DNA of 64,000 bases from Vulcanimicrobiota bacterium (lineage in GTDB: Bacteria > Vulcanimicrobiota > Vulcanimicrobiia > Vulcanimicrobiales > Vulcanimicrobiaceae). The translations under genes were made by a program, and so were the position numbers. Positions 52,470 to 61,796 of the stretch are shown one piece after another; within the stretch, counting starts at the first letter, position 1; each line of letters begins with the position of its first letter. The notes beneath the pieces were generated by a model. That model searched no databases. It was given only the letters and a program-made list of their open reading frames with translations, and was not told the origin of the DNA. The DNA lies in contig CAWGBN010000005.1 of the NCBI GenBank assembly GCA_963820825.1, forward strand, positions 1 to 64,000. The letters run 5' to 3'.

Positions 52470-53134
52470 TTCGTGGCTTGACTTCCCGTGACGAAGCGGC
52501 TCTGGACCCGCACGAGGTCGGGCGTTACGGAGAGACCTTCGATCTCGGCACCGGATGCGTCGACCGCAACGGGACGGATCATCTCGTCAATGCTCTTGGG
52601 CTGATTCGGCATCGCGACGTCGGCGCGGACCGAGGCAACCTTACCCAACAGCGAGAGCGGACCGCGAACCACGGCCGAGTCCGGCGCGGTTCCGGTGTAA
52701 CTGACCACGATATCGCTCGGGTGCGTGCCGACGTAGTGCACCGTTACCGGGAACGCGTGCTGCTCGATCCGCTCGACCGTCAACGTCACCGAGGCCGGGC
52801 TCAAGCTCTGCACCACGACGTCGGGCGCCACGAGCTGCACCGGTAAGTTGTACACGCCCGTCGCCTTGTTCGTGAGATCGAGCACCGCCTTGATCTGCTC
52901 CGGCTTGACGGCCGGCTCGCCGCGCTTTGTCGCAACCGTTACCACCGCCTCGCGATCGGTGAAGCGCGCGACGTATCCCAGCGGCAAGTTGACCGGATTG
53001 ATCGGAATCGAGAGCTGCTGGAACTCCGGCGTTGAGACGATCGAGTTGCCGGCGAAGCGAAAATACGCCCAACCGACGAGTGCGAGCGCGAGGGCGAGGA
53101 GTTTGAGCCCGAAATTCTTCTGAACGATCTGCAC
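52466..53134 (-). CDS. cdaR: CdaR/YbbR-like regulator of diadenylate cyclase
   Basis: N-terminal TM (NFGLKLLALALALVGW), two YbbR-like repeats; position between cdaA and glmM. Confidence 0.85.
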   Translation of the reverse strand: MQIVQKNFGLKLLALALALVGWAYFRFAGNSIVSTPEFQQLSIPINPVNLPLGYVARFTDREAVVTVATKRGEPAVKPEQIKAVLDLTNKATGVYNLPVQLVAPDVVVQSLSPASVTLTVERIEQHAFPVTVHYVGTHPSDIVVSYTGTAPDSAVVRGPLSLLGKVASVRADVAMPNQPKSIDEMIRPVAVDASGAEIEGLSVTPDLVRVQSRFVTGSQATK

Positions 53135-53144
53135 GAGCGTTCTT

Positions 53145-54003
53145 TTAGGAGAGCGTCGACGTGGGCTCTCCACGCGGCGTTCGCAAGCGGGCACGCAGAT
53201 TGCCTATGAAGTCGCCACGGCGGCGCTGGTGGCGCGGAGGCCGGGTGACCGCGAGCAGCATCTTCTCGAGTCGAAGCTCCTCCTCGACGGGACGCGAGAG
53301 CAGCCCGCCGCGTGCGATCGTAATCGCACCGGTCTGCTCCGAGACGACGAGGACGACGGCGTCGGTCTGCTCCGAGAGACCCACCGCCGCACGATGCCGG
53401 GTCCCCAGCCGGCCTTTCGCGAGCGACTGTTCCGAGAGCGGCAAGAAGCAGCCCGCCGCTTCGATGCGGCCTTGACGTACGATGACCGCGCCGTCATGCA
53501 GCGGCGACGCGGGCGCGAAGATTGCCAGAAGCAGCTCCTCGAGAGGTCGGCGTTGAGCATCGTCCCGCTCTCGGCGTAATCTTTCAATCCGCTCTGCTGT
53601 TCGATCACGATCAGCGGCCCCGAGTCGACTCTGCCCGAGCAAAAACGCCGTGCGACCGAGCGTGGCGACGACTGATCCTCGGTGCGCGTCTGCGATCCGT
53701 CCCGATATCGAGCCGAAAGAGACCGCCGCGCCCGATCTGCTCGAGGGCACGGCGCAGTTCCGGTTGGAAGACGATCGGAATCGTGACGGCGGCTCCGACG
53801 ACGAGCAGCCGCAGAATCGTCCCGAGCAAGTAGAGATGAAAGAGCGTCGCAAGTCCGAGCAGACCGAAGAGCACGAGAATGCCGGTGAGTATTTGCACCG
53901 CGCGCGTTCCGCGAATCAGCACCAGCACGTAGTAGACGAGGACGCTGGTTGCGATGACGTCGATCACGTCGGAGATGCCGACGTATCCCAACGGACTAGG
54001 CAC
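53145..54003 (-). CDS. cdaA: Diadenylate cyclase CdaA (frameshifts near 53550-53700)
   Basis: Three TM helices, IRGTRAVQ, VFQPELRRALEQIGR, PLHDGAV (DGA), LGTRHRAA (RHR), VVSEQTG. Confidence 0.92.
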
Positions 54004-54528
54004 GCGGTATCCTCAGCTCGAGGATGCGTTCGGCCTCGATCTCCGGCGTCCGTAAGCCCGATGCCGCGATCTTGGCGACGAGCGAGGCGGAATCGGCGCG
54101 AGCAACTCCGCGGTGCGGCCGCTTGCAAAGCGCTGAAGCTCGACGTCGATCAGCGCGAAGATGACGGCCGGCGCCGTGATCTCCGGATCCCACTCGATGA
54201 CCGCAGCCCCGTCGCTCCGGCGGCAGGCGAGAACGCCGGCCGGGCGGCCGGGCCCGTCGAAAGCGTCGAACAGCCGCGGCAAGGCTTCCGCCACCGCCGG
54301 GGAAACTGCCAATGCAATGATCGCTCCGTCGTACGCCACGGCTCCAGCGGCTTGCTCGATGGCATGCCGGTCGTACCCATCGGGGAGCTCGAGCAGCGCG
54401 TACCAGCGGCGTACCCGAGCGCTCGCGCGCCAAACGGCCGCGCCGCCCTGCCGCGTCACTACTTGGTCGACTGCGGCGCGGCGCGCGTCATCGAGTTCTC
54501 CCTCGGCGCCTAGAGTGAGATAAACCAC
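53996..54528 (-). CDS. Hypothetical protein (start uncertain, likely frameshift near 3' end)
   Basis: Protein-like frame (GRPAGV, VIEWDP, LIDVELQRF) continuing in another frame to ...ILELRIPRA, overlapping the cdaA start. Confidence 0.55.
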
Positions 54529-54564
54529 GGTCGTTTCATCGTTAGCCGTCGAAAGCGTGCAATC

Positions 54565-55453
54565 TTGCGCGTAGCGTCGACGCAACGAGCGCTCGTCGTC
54601 TCAACCGGAAAGAACTCGGCGCGGATATCCGTCGACGGGGAGAGCCGGTCTGCGGACGGCGCAGTTGCGGCGTATGACCGGCGAACGCTTTATGCCGGTT
54701 CCCGGCGACGTCGTTACGGTGCGTCTTCTCGAAGACGGTCAAGCCCTGGTAGATCGCATCGAACCCCGCACGTTCACGCTCGAACGCCGCAGCGCCGGTG
54801 GACGCGCCAAGACCATGGCGGCGAACGTCGATATGCTGGTCGTCGTTGCCGCGCTGGCAAATCCCGCGCCGCGCCTGGTGACGCTCGATCAACTCCTTGC
54901 CTTCGCGGAAGTGGAAGCCGTCCGCGCGGCCGTCGTCTTCACCAAGCCCGATCTCGCCGATGACGCCCGCAAGGGCGAGCTGAGCGACCTCTACCGGCAG
55001 CTGGGCTACGCGACGATCGTCGTCAATCCGAAGTTAGGTGAGAACGTCGAGGGACTTCGCGAGCTGCTCGCCGGCCATCGCGCGCTGCTCGCGGGAAACT
55101 CCGGGGTCGGAAAGAGCACCATCTTTCGCGCGCTCGGGGGCGAGACGTCGGTCGGTGAAGTCTCGCGGTATGGCCTTGGCCGTCAGACGACGACCGCAGG
55201 GAGGCTCTACCGCATGGGCGACGGGTTCCTTATCGACAGCCCGGGGATCAACGAGTTCGGACTCGGTGCCATCGGAGCAGGGGCCCTTGCGGGGGCCTTT
55301 CGCGAGATGCAGGAGCCGGCACGGCGCTGCCGCTTCACCGACTGCACCCACCTGCAGGAGCCCGATTGTGCGGTCCAGGCGGCCCTTGCCCAGGAGCGGA
55401 TTTCGCCAAGCCGCTACGCGAGCTACCGGAGGATCCTCCTCGAACCGGCCTAG
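54565..55453 (+). CDS. rsgA: Ribosome small-subunit-dependent GTPase A (frameshift near 54650)
   Basis: PVPGD.V, AANVD, TKPD, GNSGVGKS, GRQTTT, DSPG, CRFTDCTHLQEPDC. Confidence 0.92.
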
Positions 55454-55469
55454 GCCGGCCGCTTTACGC

Positions 55470-55499
55470 TGGACACTCGCGCGAGGCCCCTGCTATGAT
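55470..55499 (+). promoter_or_regulatory. Sigma70-type promoter for probably leaderless rpsT
   Basis: TGGACA-N18-TATGAT with extended TGn; GTG start 7 nt after the -10 box, no SD. Confidence 0.6.
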
Positions 55500-55506
55500 A
55501 CTCGCC

Positions 55507-55794
55507 GTGCCAAATATCAAAGCCGCCGAAAAATGGGTCCTCCAATCCGAAAAGCGCACCACCCGCAACAAGTCCGCAAAGAGCCGGCTAAAGACGCTCT
55601 TTAAGGCGGTCGTCGATGCGGGCGATGCCGCAGCGACGCCACGCGTCGAGAGCGCCTTCGACAAGGCGGCAGGTAAGGGGATCATTCACCCCAACAAGGC
55701 GGCGCGCAAGAAATCGCGGCTCGCCAAAGCCGTCCGGCGAACCGCCGCCGCGCCCGCGAAGGCGACCAAGAGCCGCTCGAGCCGCAAGAAGTAG
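55507..55794 (+). CDS. rpsT: 30S ribosomal protein S20
   Basis: PNIKAAEK...RNKS.KSRLKT, DKAAGKGIIHPNKAARKKSRL. Confidence 0.93.
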   Translation: MPNIKAAEKWVLQSEKRTTRNKSAKSRLKTLFKAVVDAGDAAATPRVESAFDKAAGKGIIHPNKAARKKSRLAKAVRRTAAAPAKATKSRSSRKK

Positions 55795-55809
55795 CCGCCT
55801 CTTCTTTAT

Positions 55810-58191
55810 CTACGGGTCCGCGTTGATCGCCAAGCGCGTCGCGCGATCCGAACGCGCTACGGGAAGGATCCGTTCGCGAACCAGCTCCCGTAACGGCCCC
55901 GGCCTTCTCCCGCGCAGCGCGATCCGATAACGCCATTCGTCATTGAGCCGCGCGATCGGGTATGGCGCCGGGCCGAGAACCTCGGCAACCTCTCCCACGC
56001 GTAAGAGCGCGGCGTACTTCTCCGCCGTCGCGGCGACTCGGCGGCGGTCTCGTCCGATAATGCCGAGATAGAGGAGCCGTTGGGCCGGCGGAAAGCCGGC
56101 GGCCGCGCGCTCGCGCAGCTCGAGATCGGCGAAGCCGTCGTAATCGTGCGTTGCCGCAAATCGAATCGCCGGATGCTCCGGCGCATAGGTCTGCACGATC
56201 GCTTCGCCGCGCCGTGCCCGGCCGCTGCGGCCGCAGACTTGCGCTATGAGTGCGAAGCTGCGTTCCGCTGCACGAAAATCGGGGAGATAGAGCCCGACGT
56301 CGGCAAGCACGATTCCGGCGAGCGTCACCGTCGGATAATCGAGTCCCTTCGCGACCATCTGCGTGCCGACCAGCACGTCGCCATCGCTTTCGAAGGCCCG
56401 CAGGATGCGCGCGTGATCGCCGACTCGCGTGGTCGTATCGGAATCCATCCGCAGCACTCGCGCGCGGGGGAAGAGCCGCTCCACTTCAACGACGAGCCGC
56501 TCCGTGCCGATGCCGACTTCGCGAATCGCGTCGCCGCCGCAGGCCGGGCAACGCGCCGGAATCGGACTCTGATAGTCGCAGTAGTGGCACCTCAGCAGCC
56601 GCTCCGCGCGGTGGACCGAGAGCGCGACGCTGCAGCGCGGACAATGCGGTGACTCGCCGCAACGCCGGCAGAGCAACGCGCCGGCGCTTCCCCGCCGATT
56701 CACGAAGAGCAGGCTCTTCTCACCCCGTTGCAGCCGGTCGGCCAAGCTCTGCACGAGTAGCGCGCTGAAGATCCCACGGCTGCCGCCCTCGAAGTCGCGA
56801 CGCAAGTCGACCACGTGCACCTCGGGAAGCGGTTGCGCCGTCGCGCGCCGGGGTAGCTCCAGAAGTGCGATCCGCCCCGCCTTCGCTGCGGCGTAGCTTT
56901 CCAGCGAGGGCGTCGCGCTTCCAAGTACGAGCACGCCCTCTTCGCGGCGCATCCGTTCGCGCGCGACGGCGACGGCGTGATAGCGCGGTACGGTATCCTG
57001 CTTGTACGATGGATCGTGCGCTTCGTCGACGATCGTCAACGCGACACGCGCGAGCGGCGCGAAGACCGCGCTGCGCGCCCCGACCAGCACGTCGATCTCT
57101 CCGCGAGCGCATGCCTGCCACGCTTCGAAGCGCTCGCGCTGCGAGAGCGCCGAGTGGAGCACGGCAACGCGATTGCCGAACGCGGCTTCGAATCGTTCCG
57201 CAGTCTGCGGCGTCAGCGATATCTCCGGAACGAGCACGATCGCCCGTCTCCCCTGCGCGACGACTGCCTCGATCGCCTTGACGTAGACGAAGGTTTTGCC
57301 GCTCGCCGTTACCCCGTAGAGCAGCGCCGTCGCGAAGCGCCGCCCGTCGAGTGCCTCCGCGATCCATTGTAGCGCACGCTCCTGCTCCGGAGTAGCTTGC
57401 AGCGTCGATGCATTCGTCGTGCCGGCACTCGGGCGCGCCCCCCCCGGCGCGAACCGCTCCCGAAGCGCGCCCGCCCGCACCGCGCGGGCAATGATCGCAT
57501 TGCTGAATCCCCCCAAGACGGCCTCGGCGCGCGGAATGCTTCCGCGCTCCGTGACCAGCGTCACCAGCGCTTCGGCCTTCCGGCCGCGGATCGGCCGATC
57601 GCCCGGCTCCAGCACGCGCACGCGGTACTCGCCCGTTCGCGGATTTACGAGCCGGCGCTCGCGCCGCAGCGCCTTCGCGCGCACGAGCGCACCGACGTAC
57701 CGCAGCAGCGTGCTTCGGTCCGCGATGCGGCGCGCTTCGGGGTGACGCAGCAACTGTTCGAGTGCGAACCCGTCGTCGAGCTCCTCCCAAATCAATTGAA
57801 GCAGGCGCAACGGAACTGAGGGATACCGGCGAGGATTTGCAGCCTCGGCGCGAACGAAGGAATCGCGCATGCGCGGAACCGCGTCCGCCAGCACCACCGC
57901 GCTCAACGCTTCGCCGAGCGTGCAGAGATAGTGCTCGGCCACAAAGGCGGCGAGATGGAGCCCGGTCTCGTCGAAGGCTCGCGGAACGTCGAGCCGTTCG
58001 AGCACCGCTTTGAGCGGCTTGTGCGGCTGCGCCTCGCGCGGTCGCGCAACGACGAAGGCAACGACCTCGCGCCGCCCGAGCGGAACGCGAACCACATCGC
58101 CGACGCGAAGTTCAAGATCCTCGGCGGCGTACGTCAGCGGCAGGTCGTAGCGCGACGATCGTATTGCCGGAAGCGCGTCAACGACGCGCAC
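55810..58191 (-). CDS. priA: Primosomal protein N' (replication restart helicase)
   Basis: GVTASGKT, LVPEISLTPQ, DEAHD.SYKQ, GSATPSLE, four CxxC motifs, GTQMVAKGLD; start approximate. Confidence 0.95.
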   Translation of the reverse strand: MRVVDALPAIRSSRYDLPLTYAAEDLELRVGDVVRVPLGRREVVAFVVARPREAQPHKPLKAVLERLDVPRAFDETGLHLAAFVAEHYLCTLGEALSAVVLADAVPRMRDSFVRAEAANPRRYPSVPLRLLQLIWEELDDGFALEQLLRHPEARRIADRSTLLRYVGALVRAKALRRERRLVNPRTGEYRVRVLEPGDRPIRGRKAEALVTLVTERGSIPRAEAVLGGFSNAIIARAVRAGALRERFAPGGARPSAGTTNASTLQATPEQERALQWIAEALDGRRFATALLYGVTASGKTFVYVKAIEAVVAQGRRAIVLVPEISLTPQTAERFEAAFGNRVAVLHSALSQRERFEAWQACARGEIDVLVGARSAVFAPLARVALTIVDEAHDPSYKQDTVPRYHAVAVARERMRREEGVLVLGSATPSLESYAAAKAGRIALLELPRRATAQPLPEVHVVDLRRDFEGGSRGIFSALLVQSLADRLQRGEKSLLFVNRRGSAGALLCRRCGESPHCPRCSVALSVHRAERLLRCHYCDYQSPIPARCPACGGDAIREVGIGTERLVVEVERLFPRARVLRMDSDTTTRVGDHARILRAFESDGDVLVGTQMVAKGLDYPTVTLAGIVLADVGLYLPDFRAAERSFALIAQVCGRSGRARRGEAIVQTYAPEHPAIRFAATHDYDGFADLELRERAAAGFPPAQRLLYLGIIGRDRRRVAATAEKYAALLRVGEVAEVLGPAPYPIARLNDEWRYRIALRGRRPGPLRELVRERILPVARSDRATRLAINADP

Positions 58192-59263
58192 GAAACCGCT
58201 CGGGCTCCTCCCCGAGACGCGCGAGCACCGCTCGAACGCTGCGTTCGGCGCACTCCACGCCGTACTCGACGTCACCGATCGCCCGCGGCAAGACGAAGCG
58301 CAACCGCCCTCCGCGCCTCTTCTTGTCGCCGTGCATCGCTGCGAGGATCGCATCGGGATCCACCGTCGTGCGAAGCGGTAAGCGCAGAAGCGTCAAGAGC
58401 GCCAAGAGGCGCAGGTGCTCGGCCTCGGTGAAGCGCCCAGTCCGCAATGCGAGCAGCCCCGCGGCTCTCAAGCCGATGGCGACCGCGGCTCCGTGTGTGA
58501 CTCGATACTCCGACGCGCATTCGATCGCATGTCCGAAGGTGTGGCCCAGATTGAGCAGCTCGCGCGTACCGGCTTCGAGCCGGTCGTCGGCGACGGTCAT
58601 CGTCTTGACCTTGATCGCCTCCTCGATCACGATGGTCCACGGCCAACGCGCGCGTGGATGCGGCGCGAGCTCTTCGAGCGCATCGAAGAAGTCCCCGCCC
58701 TCGATGACCGCTGCTTTTACGATCTCGGCCAACCCCTCGCGCAGTGCGTTCGCGGAGAGCGTTTCGAGCGCTCCGACGTCGCAGAAGACCGCGACCGGAT
58801 CGCGGAAGGATCCCGCCAGATTCTTGCCGCCGACGAGATCCACGCCCGTCTTGCCGCCGATCGCCGCATCGACCATCGCAACGAGCGACGTCGCCACGTG
58901 CCCGTAACGAACGCCCCGCATATAAATCGCGGCAGCAAATCCGAAAAGATCGCTCGCCACGCCGCCGCCGACGCCGAAGATCAGGCCGCTGCGCTCGACG
59001 CCGGCATCGGTCATCGCCTCCAGCACTCGCTCGACCGTCGAGAGACGCTTGCGGCGTTCACCCAATGCAAAGGCGAGTATCGGCGGCGAACCCAACGCGG
59101 CCGCGACCTCCCGCGCGATCGACGCAACCTGCCGGTTCGCATCGCAAAGGATGAGGCTCGGACGATCGTTCTTACGCGCGAACGCCGATAGTGCCGATCC
59201 GAGCCGTTGACCGACGACGATCGGATAACCGAGGTCGTCGTTCACCGATGGTTCAGCGGTCAC
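58178..59263 (-). CDS. aroB: 3-dehydroquinate synthase
   Basis: GGGVASDL.GF.AA.YMRG, MVDAAIGGKTG, GKNL.G, LNLGHTFGHAIE, HGAAVAIG. Confidence 0.95.
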   Translation of the reverse strand: MTAEPSVNDDLGYPIVVGQRLGSALSAFARKNDRPSLILCDANRQVASIAREVAAALGSPPILAFALGERRKRLSTVERVLEAMTDAGVERSGLIFGVGGGVASDLFGFAAAIYMRGVRYGHVATSLVAMVDAAIGGKTGVDLVGGKNLAGSFRDPVAVFCDVGALETLSANALREGLAEIVKAAVIEGGDFFDALEELAPHPRARWPWTIVIEEAIKVKTMTVADDRLEAGTRELLNLGHTFGHAIECASEYRVTHGAAVAIGLRAAGLLALRTGRFTEAEHLRLLALLTLLRLPLRTTVDPDAILAAMHGDKKRRGGRLRFVLPRAIGDVEYGVECAERSVRAVLARLGEEPERFRARR

Positions 59264-59765
59264 GTAACCACTCGAGAATCGCCGCGATGACCTGGGAGTC
59301 GTTTTGCCGCGTCGCATCGATCACGCAGTCGGCGTTCTCGTAATCGCGCATTCGCGCGGCGTAGAGCTCGGTAATGCCCGCGAGCGTAGGGGCCGTTCCG
59401 AGCAGCGGGCGCACCGATCGGCTGCGCTGGATCCGTGCAAAGATCTGCTCGGGCGAAACTTTGATAAAGATGCAGTGGGCCTGCCCGCGCAGGAGCTTGC
59501 GATTCTCCGGAACGGTCAGCGTCCCGCCGCCGAGCGCGATTACGACCGTGACCGGATTCTCCAAGGCCGCGGCGAGCGCACGATGCTCGTATTCGCGGAA
59601 CGCCGGTTCGCCCTCGCCGGCGAAGATCTTCGGGATCGGTCCGTGCTCGCGCACCACCAGCGCATCGGTGTCGAGAAACGTACATGCCAATTTCCGCGCG
59701 AGCTTGCGCCCGATCGTCGATTTTCCCGAAGCCATGAATCCGGCTAGCGCCACGTGGCGCTTCAT
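59253..59765 (-). CDS. aroK: Shikimate kinase
   Basis: GFMASGKSTIG, DTD, GE.AFR..E, ALGGG, RPLL. Confidence 0.95.
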   Translation of the reverse strand: MKRHVALAGFMASGKSTIGRKLARKLACTFLDTDALVVREHGPIPKIFAGEGEPAFREYEHRALAAALENPVTVVIALGGGTLTVPENRKLLRGQAHCIFIKVSPEQIFARIQRSRSVRPLLGTAPTLAGITELYAARMRDYENADCVIDATRQNDSQVIAAILEWLRDR

Positions 59766-60916
59766 TGCGCGAAGAGATGCGCGGCCGCGTCTCGACTACG
59801 GCGTAGATTGTCGATCGTCTCTTCCAACGAGTCGCCGCCGTACTTCTCCAAGACCGGCGCCATCACGGCGAGCCGCACCATCGCTTCACCGACGATTCCG
59901 GCCGCGGGCACGACGCAGACGTCGCTGCGAACGATGGTCGCGGGGGCATCGGTCCGCGCGTGCAGGTTGACCGAGGGCAACGCTTTCATGAGCGTCGGGA
60001 TCGGTTTGACTGAGACGCGCACGACGATCGGCTCGCCGTTGCTCATCCCGCCTTCGATCCCGCCTGCCCGGTTGCTCGTGCGCACGACGCTCTCGCCTTC
60101 CAGCGCAAAAACGTCGTGCGCCTGCGAACCGGGGGTTCCGGCGACCTCGGCGCCGAGTCCGATCTCGACGGCACGCACCGTCTGCATCCCCATCAGCGCT
60201 CCGGCGAGGATTCCGTCGAGCCGTTGATTCGGCTGGCGATTGCTGCCGACGCCGGCCGGCATCCCGTCGATGCGCACGATGAAACGTCCGCCGAGGGTAT
60301 CGCCGGCGCGTTTCGCTTCGTCGATCGCCGCGATCATGCGATCCCCGGTCTCCCGATGCGGGCAGCGCACGTCGCTGCTCTCGACGTCGCTCTGCTCCCA
60401 CTGCGCGAGCTCGGGCGCTTCGATCGAGCCGATCTTCGAAACGTAGCTGCGCGTGCGAATGCCGAGCGCTGCCAGGAACTGCGCGCAAATCGCGCCGAGG
60501 CAGACGCGCATCGCGGTCTCTCGCGCACTCGCTCGTTCGAGCACGTTCCGAAGGTCGCGCTGACGGTACTTGAGCGCGCCGGCATGGTCGGCGTGGCCGG
60601 GACGCGGATTTGTCAGCGGTTCGCCCGACCCCGATACCGGATCCATCAGCGATCGAACCTTTGGGGTGAGGTAGTCGCGATTGCGCACGATCGCCGCGAT
60701 CGGCGAACCGAGCGTTTCGCTCCCGCGCACGCCGGCCAGGAACTCGACCTCGTCGCGCTCGATCTGCATGCGCGCACCGCGCCCGTACCCCCCCTGACGG
60801 CGCGCGAGCGTTTCGTTGATCTCGTCGAAGTTCAAGCGCAAGCGAGCCGGTATCCCGTCGAGGATTCCGACGAGCGCGGGGCCGTGCGATTCACCTGCGG
60901 TGAGGTACCGGAACAT
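59762..60916 (-). CDS. aroC: Chorismate synthase
   Basis: TAGESHG, RRQGGYGRGARM, PRPGHAD, ERASARETA, GGIEGGMSNG, KPIPTL, RSDVC. Confidence 0.97.
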   Translation of the reverse strand: MFRYLTAGESHGPALVGILDGIPARLRLNFDEINETLARRQGGYGRGARMQIERDEVEFLAGVRGSETLGSPIAAIVRNRDYLTPKVRSLMDPVSGSGEPLTNPRPGHADHAGALKYRQRDLRNVLERASARETAMRVCLGAICAQFLAALGIRTRSYVSKIGSIEAPELAQWEQSDVESSDVRCPHRETGDRMIAAIDEAKRAGDTLGGRFIVRIDGMPAGVGSNRQPNQRLDGILAGALMGMQTVRAVEIGLGAEVAGTPGSQAHDVFALEGESVVRTSNRAGGIEGGMSNGEPIVVRVSVKPIPTLMKALPSVNLHARTDAPATIVRSDVCVVPAAGIVGEAMVRLAVMAPVLEKYGGDSLEETIDNLRRSRDAAAHLFAQ

Positions 60917-61640
60917 CGCTCGCTGCTTCGGCAGAGCGCAGCGGGCCTACTTCAGCACAGCTTTTCAGACGCTCCAGAGCGGCTCGATGCAACCGAGTGA
61001 GGTGGCGCCGCGAGTAGCCCAGGCGCGCGGCGAGTTCGACCACGCTGATCCCGTCGATGTGAATCGCCGTAACGATGCGCTGCTGCAGCGGCGAAAGCAC
61101 GGCGAGTATTCGTTCGACGGTCAGCCGGTCGAGCAGATCGTCGATCTCACCGGGGAGCGCGCGCCGTTCGCAGCCGCCGAGCACCTCGAAGGATACGGTC
61201 GACCTGGTCGCGCGATAGGTTCGAACTTCGCGCGCCTGTGCCGGCGTCGCCGCGATGAAGGCAGCCACGTCACGTTCCGTGGGCTCGCGCCCGAGCGAAG
61301 ACCACAGGTCGCGCTCGGCCGCCGTCCACCGGCGATCGAGTTCGCGAAGACCGCGCGGCGCCCGCACGAAGCGTTCGCTGTCGCGGACGTAATGCATCAG
61401 CTCGCCGACGATGAGCACCCAAGCGTAGGCCTCGAACGGTGCGCGCTGGAGGGGATCGTATCGATCGACCGCCTTGATCAGGCCGATCGCGCCGACTTGT
61501 TCGAGGTCCGCACGATCGAGGCCGCGGCGCAGAAACCGGCGCGCCGCACGACGGCAGAGATACCAGTACTCTGCAACGAGACGGTCGCGCTGAACCGGCC
61601 GGCGCAACGGCGTTGCACGGAGATGAAGAGCCACACCCAA
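60891..61640 (-). CDS. Alternative sigma factor, SigB/SigF/SigG-like (start uncertain)
   Basis: RDRLV, DLEQVGAIGLIKAVDRYDP, I.GELMHYVRD....VRAPR, LGREPT, C-terminal HTH (LG.SRRH..RL). Confidence 0.88.
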   Translation of the reverse strand: MGVALHLRATPLRRPVQRDRLVAEYWYLCRRAARRFLRRGLDRADLEQVGAIGLIKAVDRYDPLQRAPFEAYAWVLIVGELMHYVRDSERFVRAPRGLRELDRRWTAAERDLWSSLGREPTERDVAAFIAATPAQAREVRTYRATRSTVSFEVLGGCERRALPGEIDDLLDRLTVERILAVLSPLQQRIVTAIHIDGISVVELAARLGYSRRHLTRLHRAALERLKSCAEVGPLRSAEAASDVPVPHRR

Positions 61641-61696
61641 ACCTCTTCTAGTAACTTAGACGGCGCCCGCCCGAGGACGGAAGCCGTTGTTTCAAC

Positions 61697-61725
61697 GTTA
61701 TATAGCACGCGCGTCGAAAGTGCAA
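61697..61725 (-). promoter_or_regulatory. Sigma70-type promoter for the sigma-aroC-aroK-aroB-priA run
   Basis: Minus strand TTGCAC-N17-TATAAC. Confidence 0.6.
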
Positions 61726-61796
61726 GAGCAGATTGGGCGCAGTTATGACGGCCGGCGCGTCGAAAGCTCGTGTGGTCTAAGAGAGGAGCGCTCGAG

